Source of the DNA: a virus
DNA: 64,000 nt
Virus record (IMG/VR): IMGVR_UViG_3300017783_000007
Span: 1-64,000 of that record
Direction: 5' to 3' (one strand)
Below are positions 42,001 to 48,620 of this stretch, in pieces. A program made the position numbers and the translations under genes. Position 1 is the first letter of the stretch. Every line of letters starts with the position of its first letter. The notes under the pieces are model-generated. The model was not told the origin of the DNA. It saw only the letters and a list, made by a program, of their open reading frames with translations, and ran no database searches.

Positions 42001-45000
42001 GCGTGAGTATGTATATTATCGGATGAATTAGATACAATTGTCGCACCTGTTGTTACACTATCTGCATTTGGCTTTAAAAACGGTATTTCATGAGCAGCAC
42101 TTACACCCTCCGAAGGAAAAATACTGGCGTTTCTTGCACGAGTAGCTGTACCTGAAAGAGTACCCGATATATTGAGTACCCCTGTCGCACTTTTTAAAGT
42201 ATTAGTAGAAGGAATATAGTTTAGTAAAGAGCTTATCTCTATAGATTGAGGAGAAGCTGTCCCATCAACAAAAGCAAGATAGTGAGTATCTGCACTAGAC
42301 TCTTGAGTAGTAATAGCCACTTGAGAGGCTACAGAAGAAGACCCGCTAACATTTCCTACAAATGAAGTGGCTCGGAGAACTCCGGTGCTCGGATTGTATG
42401 TAAGTGGATTGATATCTCCGGATACACTTAAATCTTTTCTTAAACCATGGTAATCTACAGAGCTAATTGTCTCCGCCGTAGCATCTCCAAATATAATCGG
42501 AAAATCGGAGTTAGTTGTATCCGTTTCAGTTACAGCAACTTTTGTAGACTTTGTTGATATACCGGTAAATGTAGCATCAGTACCATCTGTACCGGACTCA
42601 AGTATTTTATTAGTACCGTTACTAGCATATACATCTCCGGTTAGATTGCCAGTAATTGCACCAGTAGTTGTAAATGCGCCTGCTGTCATAGTACCTGATA
42701 CTATAGGAGCATTTACTAAACCAAATGTAATTGTATTGTCACTTACCGTTGTTGTTACTTGGTTTGTTGTTCCTGAGAAAGCTAATGTTTGCCCTGTTGT
42801 AAAAGTATCATTAGAACCAGAATCAGCACTTAACGTAAATGAAGAGTTGACGTTTGAAATCTCAGTATCAACGTATGCTTTAATAGATTGTTGAGTAACA
42901 CCAAATTGATCTGAGTCATCAGACATTGAATCATCGTCTAAGAACCCTGAAACTGCAATATTATTAGTACCTTTGAAGGAAGCGGCCGTAATAGCACCTG
43001 CTTTTAATGCACTTGCTGTGCCTGTAAAGGTATTTGAACTTTCTGTGGCATCTGCAATGAATACAAATTCACTTGCTGAATCATCATAACCAAAGAAACC
43101 TTTCTTTGCGGACGAACCATCGTGCCAATTAAACTTTATGCCTCTGTCCAAGTTGTCATCAGATGAAATTGCTGGATCACCTACTTCAAAAATAGGATCA
43201 TCAACTTGAACTGTTGTACTGTTTACCGTGGTTGTTGTACCGTTTACTGTAAGTGTTCCGTCTACTACAATATCATTGCTAAAAGTCTTATTGCCTGAAA
43301 TAGTGGCAGCTATAGAAACTCCATTACTATCTACTTCTAATCCGCCATTAGTTTTAGGCTGTACAGAAAGAGTTAGAGCTCCTTGCGTGTTGCTATTAGC
43401 TTCTAATATACCGTTCCCAGCAGTTATAGAGGTAACGCTAGCTCCGTCCAAGCCATTTACAGTTGCACCGTCAAAATCTACAGTCGCATTATCAAAGTCT
43501 ATAGTTACGCCGCTATTGAAACCTAAGTTGCCCGTTAGAGTGCCACCACTTATAGGAAGAGCATTATCTGCTTTAGTACCCTGAGCATCCGTAGCATAAT
43601 CTGAAGAATCAAATGCTTTTACTTGAGCAAGATTAGTTACTTCAGAATCCATCAAAGCGCCAGCGGCTGTTACATTCGTAGTATCCGTAACATCTGCACT
43701 AGCCTCAACTCCTGATAGCTTAGTTTTTTCAGCGTCAGTAAACGCATTAGTATCTGAGTTGTTTTCATAAGCTGTTTTAATTTCAGCGTCAGTTTGATCA
43801 GCGGTTGCGCTGGCTTCAATGCCATCCAGCTTAGTTTTTTCCGAGTCAGTAAACGCATTAGTATTTGAGTTGTTCTCATACGCTGTTTTAATTTCAGAGT
43901 CAGTTTGGTCAGCGGTTGCACTAGCCTCAACTCCTGCTAGCTTAGTTTTCTCGGAGTCAGTGAACGCATTAGTATTTGAGTTGTTCTCATACGCTGTTTT
44001 AATTTCAGAGTCAGTTTGATCAGCGGTTGCATTGGCCTCAATTCCTGATAGTTTAGTTTTTTCAGAGTCAGTAAACGCATTAGTATCTGAGTTGTTCTCA
44101 TACGCTGTTTTAATTTCAGAGTCAGTTTGGTCGGCGGTTGCGTTGGCTTCAATACCGTCAAGCTTAGAGCCGTCTGTAGCAACATCACGCCCATCAACAG
44201 TTCCACCCACGGTAATATTTCCTGATGCGGCAATATTTACAGCGGAGGAAATAGATCCAGAAGATATACTTAAAGTACCGTCGCTAAGAGCAGGAGCAAC
44301 TAAAGAATCTGTTGAGTTATCAAAGTAAATACGAGAGTCACCCTGTAGAGTTCTAATACCTGAGCGACCGTCTGTTAGGACAATATTTCTATGGCTGGCC
44401 GGAACTGTTGGGTTCGTAGTATCGTCAGTATTTTTCTGAACTACAACAGTTGTAGCTACACTAGCAGTCGGAGCAACTGCGTTACTATCAAAAGTTCCTG
44501 CAAAAGTTCCTGCAAAAGCTCCCTCAAAGTTACCTGCAAAATTACCATTTAAGTTACCTGCGGTAATAGTGTCCTTTCCTGGATTATAAGTAAATGCTGA
44601 ACTTGCAAAAATATCAGACGTTCCAGTTCTTGAATCTACAAAAGCCATGAAATGGGCAGCATCCAGCATTACGGTGCCTGTTCCCGACCCATTAGCTGAT
44701 GCAACAAAGTCTGTTTGTATAACTGTCCCTGTGCCCTGACTAGCCGCAGGAGTTTCTACTACGGTTCCGGTTCCAGTACCCGCTCCCGTTGCTGTAAAAA
44801 CTGCTCCAATATCGTTAGAGGTTGCCCCTATTGCTAGAAAGTTAGAGGTGCCGGGAGATACAATTCTATATTCTTCTCCGGCAGATATTGCATCAGCCGA
44901 AATTGCAGTGCCTGCACTTCTTGCTTTAAATATCTCCCCTACGGAAGGGGTAGGGGAGCTTCCATAAGCAATCCAATTAGACAAAAGTAACACAGTACCA

Positions 45001-45677
45001 GTGCCTTCGCCTGTAGAACCAGATTTTGTGAAAACTGTTCCTACATTATTATCTGCGGCACCTATTTGAGTAAAGTCAGTAGTCCCCTGCGATACTATCT
45101 GGTATACAAAACTATTTTCAGCAGTATCAACGTCCTGAGCGGTACCCAAGTTAGTAATTAGATACTCATCGAAGGAAACCAAACCATCATCTATGCCAAA
45201 CTGAGAGGCGCCGATACTAGTCCAATTCGTATTTCCTGCGCTTTTAATAACATAAGCCGTTGCATTTACAATATCCGCCGCAGGAATAGTTGCGTCCTGT
45301 ACGCCGATTTCAGCAACAGGAGTATTTTCAACAGTAGTAATAGAAGTTATTCGACCCTGTTGGTCTACAGTTATTCTAGGTATAGTACTAGACGTACCAT
45401 ATGTGCCCGTAGATACAGAAGTATTATCTAAGTCTATAGTAACTTCATCAGGAGTTACAGTTGTAGTTATACCTACACCACCTGATATACTTAGGGTATC
45501 TGCACCTATTTCTACTGTATTTGTGCTACCAACATCTGCTGTAATAGCAAAGGAAGCTCCGGACAGTCCTATTACGTTATTCTGCCATACACCTTTGCTT
45601 GCATTGTAAGTCCAGGTTATGTCCCCCGACGTGATAGTATCGCCGTTACTAGGGCTTGAAGGAAAAGTTAAAGCCAT
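36054..45677 (-). CDS. Giant mosaic tail fibre protein (3207 aa)
   Basis: T/S/G/A-rich; many fibre shaft motifs (G.YG..T.IP.ITVD..GRIT, LTVNGTTTTVNS); C-terminal T4 gp9/gp10-like domain (ITLTLP...TNNITIARNG...LVY...GW). Confidence 0.85.
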   Translation of the reverse strand: MALTFPSSPSNGDTITSGDITWTYNASKGVWQNNVIGLSGASFAITADVGSTNTVEIGADTLSISGGVGITTTVTPDEVTIDLDNTSVSTGTYGTSSTIPRITVDQQGRITSITTVENTPVAEIGVQDATIPAADIVNATAYVIKSAGNTNWTSIGASQFGIDDGLVSFDEYLITNLGTAQDVDTAENSFVYQIVSQGTTDFTQIGAADNNVGTVFTKSGSTGEGTGTVLLLSNWIAYGSSPTPSVGEIFKARSAGTAISADAISAGEEYRIVSPGTSNFLAIGATSNDIGAVFTATGAGTGTGTVVETPAASQGTGTVIQTDFVASANGSGTGTVMLDAAHFMAFVDSRTGTSDIFASSAFTYNPGKDTITAGNLNGNFAGNFEGAFAGTFAGTFDSNAVAPTASVATTVVVQKNTDDTTNPTVPASHRNIVLTDGRSGIRTLQGDSRIYFDNSTDSLVAPALSDGTLSISSGSISSAVNIAASGNITVGGTVDGRDVATDGSKLDGIEANATADQTDSEIKTAYENNSDTNAFTDSEKTKLSGIEANATADQTDSEIKTAYENNSNTNAFTDSEKTKLAGVEASATADQTDSEIKTAYENNSNTNAFTDSEKTKLDGIEASATADQTDAEIKTAYENNSDTNAFTDAEKTKLSGVEASADVTDTTNVTAAGALMDSEVTNLAQVKAFDSSDYATDAQGTKADNALPISGGTLTGNLGFNSGVTIDFDNATVDFDGATVNGLDGASVTSITAGNGILEANSNTQGALTLSVQPKTNGGLEVDSNGVSIAATISGNKTFSNDIVVDGTLTVNGTTTTVNSTTVQVDDPIFEVGDPAISSDDNLDRGIKFNWHDGSSAKKGFFGYDDSASEFVFIADATESSNTFTGTASALKAGAITAASFKGTNNIAVSGFLDDDSMSDDSDQFGVTQQSIKAYVDTEISNVNSSFTLSADSGSNDTFTTGQTLAFSGTTNQVTTTVSDNTITFGLVNAPIVSGTMTAGAFTTTGAITGNLTGDVYASNGTNKILESGTDGTDATFTGISTKSTKVAVTETDTTNSDFPIIFGDATAETISSVDYHGLRKDLSVSGDINPLTYNPSTGVLRATSFVGNVSGSSSVASQVAITTQESSADTHYLAFVDGTASPQSIEISSLLNYIPSTNTLKSATGVLNISGTLSGTATRARNASIFPSEGVSAAHEIPFLKPNADSVTTGATIVSNSSDNIHTHAPSLYYSKLYNKYLAFWAQTSSGVLKYSIGTYSSGSITWGNVTTAADSNGNIVCAQRANSNTQPSYGQITLADLNPSSNILISLTEASGSNKVNTLRVLTFNGSTVTFGASTNVESTSSDTLLGAISITRDPTDTSTNRTLVTHIDTNGNPIALIANISSEGSITLGSELAMVNRRVSTTDQMTNYFSAPDATYSGNRTPRLAQSDSSLRTQITPTFSAPDLPGGEQAAGTFDWTFESGDSKYYLTGITMTNTGRGYTTGPTYTGANFAGGSSISDLAGAPGSGGSFPITNTGFATTDVSENDAMNIDASWSGIANKFIVAIGERLASVSNPSQSNGYNNTRILTSSGTTLSSSGIEGLPFATLQDSGVIRTLGDIEYTESNDDKLGIIVHGNKYRKVIVSSSSSTHTYGSDVTLNSSFYKDMVLANDPTTKEVILLADKSSGGYVFKRAVATGSDISFTSETQISSTNVRSGSRNALVFDASQSIFIVSKVLSTTTQPLYHQLNITDSKLESKNTFSFNPSTSVLSSTSFAGDLTGDLTGDVYASNGTSKILEAGTDGTDATFTGAVTGTVTSIANHDTGDLSEGSNLYFTNARARGAISEGSTQLSYNSGTGVLTFTQGNTDTVAEGSSNLYYTSSRANSDFDTRIGTKDTGDLSEGSNLYFTNARADARIALQTGANLVLSSKDTDDLSEGSSNLYYTDARVTTQARSLLEHSNHVGASVEFNTTSNELEITNLSSTNLSLTGSEDTDASWYITMSSGATGSQSIHTDTGLRFNPSTNEVTATTFAGNVAGDLTGDVKASDNSVMVDSSAKTFTGDFSGDGSSLTNLNATNISTGTINAARVPTLNQDTSGTAATATVLETARTIGGVSFDGSANIDLPGVNTTGNQNTSGNAGTATALATGRTIAITGDATYTSGSFDGTGNVTGALTLANSGATAGSYGGATAVPVLTVDAKGRITSVSTTPPTATALAAGRTISITGDATYTSGAFDGTEDVTGTLTLANSGATAGTVGSATAIPIITVDAKGRITATSTATPAGGSPTSIAGNTTTSSPSVIPGTETLTIKGDGTILTSVAADVGGVPTIAFSIEDSSIPNGKLQNPSITVTDGSNSTSTALGGTITFSAGEGIDVTEASGTITIAAEEATSSNKGVARFDASDFTVSSGVVTLKASSVADGDLVEDYIKASEVDDSSIEFTSNSLNIKATGVTNAMLAGSIANDKLANSSITINGSAIELGGTVSTSDTMGAGFVVEDGDGTEVTITENKQLKFVDNNEININFNDTDSGADGDEFDLAFTLATNGVTGTKISSSATTDSARAIGTDHIKTDAVTGDKIADNAVALSTQTTGNYVATIAGTANEVEVSGSGTEGAALTIGLPDNVTVAGNLTITGDLAVNGNNTIVETTNLSVEDPLIELARGNTTSDSLDIGFYGIYDTSGSQDLYAGLFRDANDSGKWKLFKDLQAAPTTVVNASGTGYTVGTLVANVEGDVTGNVTGDVYASNGTSKILEAGTDGTDATFTGTASTATVATTVTVGTEQSDNALYYIPFVDSQSGNLSLKTDNTFYYNPSANRIFAGNVQGTFIGNVTGNVTGNITGNITGGLTGDVSGNAGTATSLQISRNFTIGATNHPFDGSADVDLSEALQDAVGAMFTGNTELGTSVTYDDVDGTLDVTTNALYNGTTKLADTTSTAITVYGHILPDATETYDLGSPTARFRKGYFDAGTIFLGTQEITASSDTISVSGNFTASNITGDVTGTVTGSADTLTTARNITVNSVNHPFDGSANVDLTEAIQDTVGAMFTSNTETGITVTYDDSDGTIDLIVTGGSASAGDPIVTISESAPSSPSTGSLWFDPSNLTTYIYYNDGNSAQWVELSTPTSGGGGVVKFAEQTSSTTLVAGTKKIVDTSSSAITLTLPGTASIGDEVHIIDGTGDASTNNITIARNGHKIQGAAEDLIVSTDRAAFQLVYYNANNGWVLINR
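39890..40275 (-). repeat. Four DT.D(L/T).EG.SNLY(F/Y)T..R repeats
   Basis: Visible in both translation and DNA (GTATAAGTTTGAACCTTCACTTAAATC). Confidence 0.85.
43700..44165 (-). repeat. Tandem 111-bp coding repeat, 4 copies plus partial
   Basis: KL.G(I/V)EA.ATADQTD.EIKTAYENNS.TNAFTD.EKT (37 aa). Confidence 0.95.
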
Positions 45678-45686
45678 AGTAATCTC

Positions 45687-45980
45687 CTAGATTTCTACCC
45701 ATTGGAAAGAGCTGCCATCATAATAATAGATGTATGTTTTTAAATCAGCAGTATCTCTCCACATATCTCCTTCTTGGGCGGGACTGGGTGCAGTAGCAGA
45801 TTGAACTAAAAATACTGAGCCACGATTAATATGTACAATACTTTCAGTGCCGCCAACACTCTTCTTAATGTACATATCTCCATCATAGGTATTAATTGCA
45901 ACTTCTCCAAGTTCAAGTTGCGAAGTGGTAGGAGCGGTATTGGCAGAGCCAGACCGCTTTAATTTGATAGTTTGTGCCAT
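45687..45980 (-). CDS. Small fibre adaptor (Mtd-N-like N-terminus plus GDMW...QWVE module)
   Basis: MAQTIKLKRS...LELGEVAINTYDG; EGDMWRDT...YIYYYDG..QWVEI. Confidence 0.7.
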   Translation of the reverse strand: MAQTIKLKRSGSANTAPTTSQLELGEVAINTYDGDMYIKKSVGGTESIVHINRGSVFLVQSATAPSPAQEGDMWRDTADLKTYIYYYDGSSFQWVEI

Positions 45981-46023
45981 TTGGCTCTCCTAAATGCTGC
46001 GTATATACGCGGGAGAAAAGATA

Positions 46024-47766
46024 TTAGTAGGTGCCGCCGTCTAGAGTATTAGACCATTGAGCAGCTCCACTTCCGTTCATAGCTAAAATATAATCGTGAT
46101 TTGTTGTGCTTGCATTTCCTGAAGGTTTTACGAGTCGGGTATACCCTCCGTCAGAGGCTGCTCCAATAAGTAAATCACCAACTGCTGTTGTTGAAATTCC
46201 CTTAATTCGTAAAGCATCTGCCGATACCTCTAATGTAATATCATCGTCGTTTACATTTAACGTGTTACCGCTTTTTGAAAGCGCGTCACCAGCAACAATT
46301 TGACCGGCACCTGAGAACTGAGTAAATACTAAATTACTTGTGCCAAGAGTAGCTTCTCCTGTTACATTAGTAAGAACGAAACCATTGTCCCCATCGGAAC
46401 CTTCCTCAACAAATACAAATAATCCACCGGTTACTTCAGCATTAACATTGGCATCCGAAGATCTGGTGAGTACTGCGCTTGCAGCGGGATCCGCCGCACC
46501 AACAGTTGTAACTTCATATATGCCGTTTTCAACTTGACTTGTTTGATTCTGCACAAGTACTCTATCACCCTGTGATAAAGCAACGCTATCAATAGTAAGT
46601 GCGCCCGTGGCTGTTGCAGTAAGAGTTCCTGCAGAATTATCATAGGAAGCGGTAAAGTTAGCTTGAGTCGCAACGCGAACGGAGTCTTTTATATCTAATG
46701 CTTGCTTTACAGCATCTACATATGCTTTAGTGGCGGCATCTTGTGCCTGAGTAGGATCCACAACATTAGTAATTCGGCTAGAGTTTACATCTACAACACC
46801 GGTACCGTTGGGATTTAAGGAAATATCACCATTAGTATCAGTAGAGGATATTTCATTTGCTGTTACATTAATATTTCCTGCAGTAAGATCTGTAATAGAG
46901 GTTGCTAAGCTTACAAAGCCTCCTGAAACATTAAAATCACTGCTATTAAAAGACGCAGTACCTAAAGAAGCTGCTCCAGCATTTGCTCCATCGGTAGCTG
47001 CAGTAGCGCTAACAGTAAGAACTACGTCATTACCACTTGTAGTAACTGCTGTATTGATTGGGTTTGTACCCAAAATTTTCAGCTCACCATTAAGCTGCGC
47101 TAAATCTTGCTCTCCCCCTACATCATCAGAAACCTTTAAAACAGTAGATACTGCTTGAAAAGTAAGCTCTCCAGCTGCATCAGAAACCAGAGCATGTCCG
47201 CTAGTGCTAGCATCAGCAGTAGGGAAAGTATACCCAGCGGCTCCATCGGCTCCAAGGTGTAGCTGTTTATTTAATTTAATCTCTTCGGCAGAATTAGTAG
47301 TAATAAGTGTAATATAATTATTAGTGCCTTCACTAATTGTTAGCCCTGTTGCAGAATTATCTACAATTTTAAGCTCTGTAGCTTGGCTAGATACATCTAC
47401 AGTTCCTGCATCAATATCAAGATTTCCTGTTCCTGTGTCAATTTTTACATTGCCGGATACTGCAGTAATCGCATTTGCATCAATAACAAGATTGGCAGTT
47501 TTAAGCTTATTTACTTTTCCGGAAGAGTCTACAAGAATTGCACTTTCTGCACTTTCGTTTAGAGTGCCTGCAGTGTGGGCCATTAAGTCTGTAAAATATT
47601 TGCCCCCAATTACATCAATGCTAGCCGCGTTGCTTCCAGCACCAGGTCGTCCAATATAAAGTTTGTTTTCGGTTGAGTGAGCATTATAGGCTAACTCACC
47701 TACCGCCATAGTGCTAGGAGTTCCTGCACTTGCGTGACGTCTTTTAATTTGAATTGTCTGAGCCAT
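46024..47766 (-). CDS. Proximal tail fibre protein
   Basis: MAQTIQIKR...GELAY; DAATKAYVD..KQALDIKDSVRVAT; GDRVLV.NQ...ENGIY. Confidence 0.75.
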   Translation of the reverse strand: MAQTIQIKRRHASAGTPSTMAVGELAYNAHSTENKLYIGRPGAGSNAASIDVIGGKYFTDLMAHTAGTLNESAESAILVDSSGKVNKLKTANLVIDANAITAVSGNVKIDTGTGNLDIDAGTVDVSSQATELKIVDNSATGLTISEGTNNYITLITTNSAEEIKLNKQLHLGADGAAGYTFPTADASTSGHALVSDAAGELTFQAVSTVLKVSDDVGGEQDLAQLNGELKILGTNPINTAVTTSGNDVVLTVSATAATDGANAGAASLGTASFNSSDFNVSGGFVSLATSITDLTAGNINVTANEISSTDTNGDISLNPNGTGVVDVNSSRITNVVDPTQAQDAATKAYVDAVKQALDIKDSVRVATQANFTASYDNSAGTLTATATGALTIDSVALSQGDRVLVQNQTSQVENGIYEVTTVGAADPAASAVLTRSSDANVNAEVTGGLFVFVEEGSDGDNGFVLTNVTGEATLGTSNLVFTQFSGAGQIVAGDALSKSGNTLNVNDDDITLEVSADALRIKGISTTAVGDLLIGAASDGGYTRLVKPSGNASTTNHDYILAMNGSGAAQWSNTLDGGTY

Positions 47767-47785
47767 TTATGAACTCCGGGGTAGC

Positions 47786-48208
47786 CTAAAAGGCTCCTGC
47801 ATCTAGTGTGTCTGAATCTCCTTCAGCTGCACCTACAATTATAGGTACCCACTCAAAAGTGCCAGTACTAGTTTCGCGATATATTTTTACTTGGTCATCG
47901 TCCGTATCATACCAAATATTTCCCTCACTTACAGAAGAGCCCCCTGTTGGGGCCGGTGTATTATCCTGTGAATAAGAAGCCAGATCGGCTAGCTGCTTTA
48001 CAGCGCCATCTATAGTTGTGGCCGTAATTTGGCCATAAGGAGTGAAGTATACGTTAGACGCAGATGCAGAAATAGGAAGAGCAAAGTTATTGACTACTAA
48101 ATCGGTCTGATCTCCCACAACATTTACAGAGATCGCACCTTCTTCACTTACTGTTATCTCTTTTACTTCTTCAGTGATACTAACCTGAGTAATGTCTTGA
48201 TCAGCCAC
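47786..48208 (-). CDS. Fibre anchor/adaptor protein
   Basis: Follows the collar gene; EGNIWYDT motif; ends TLDAGAF. Confidence 0.55.
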   Translation of the reverse strand: MADQDITQVSITEEVKEITVSEEGAISVNVVGDQTDLVVNNFALPISASASNVYFTPYGQITATTIDGAVKQLADLASYSQDNTPAPTGGSSVSEGNIWYDTDDDQVKIYRETSTGTFEWVPIIVGAAEGDSDTLDAGAF

Positions 48209-48554
48209 TTGCTCCCACCGTAATTCCAGCAGTAAGATTTACTGTGCCTTCGATAAGTCTCTTAACTGTGACATTATCCGCAGTATGTATTTCTAAATCG
48301 TAAACATACAGACCCGGCGATAGCGCCGCAGTAATATTTGGAAGTAGTTGCATTTTTATCTTACCATCCGTTACTGGGTCAGGAATAGTGCAAGTAAATG
48401 TAGCGGCTACATCAGTAGCACTCTTGCTAGTTTTCATCTTTGCACGAGCCGCGTAGCCGTCAAGGTTTTTAACTACCCCGGCTTCCTTAATAATCAAGTC
48501 GATCGCAAAAGTCGATCCCTGGTCAATCACTAGGTCATAGTTAGCTGCGCTCAT
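48201..48554 (-). CDS. T5 p132-like side-fibre collar protein (BppU/Ig-like)
   Basis: DLVIDQG..., ATFTC.I, YVYDLEI...RLIEG.V...G.T; position between tail tip and side fibres as in T5. Confidence 0.7.
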   Translation of the reverse strand: MSAANYDLVIDQGSTFAIDLIIKEAGVVKNLDGYAARAKMKTSKSATDVAATFTCTIPDPVTDGKIKMQLLPNITAALSPGLYVYDLEIHTADNVTVKRLIEGTVNLTAGITVGASG

Positions 48555-48573
48555 TGAAATTCTCCATGATTAA

Positions 48574-48614
48574 ATTATAACAAAGGGGACATGCGTAGTC
48601 AAGAATTATTTTTT
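48574..48614 (-). promoter_or_regulatory. Sigma70-type promoter for the side-fibre operon
   Basis: On the - strand: AAAAAATAATTC-TTGACT-N17-TATAAT. Confidence 0.88.
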
Positions 48615-48620
48615 AAGTGG

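Noticed and set aside
33120-44165. Tandem repeats as CRISPR arrays
   Set aside because: Units are multiples of 3, translate in frame, vary at synonymous sites and have no unique spacers or cas genes.
43700-44165. Shared 111-bp period of two different arrays as meaningful
   Set aside because: The sequences are unrelated; most likely coincidence.
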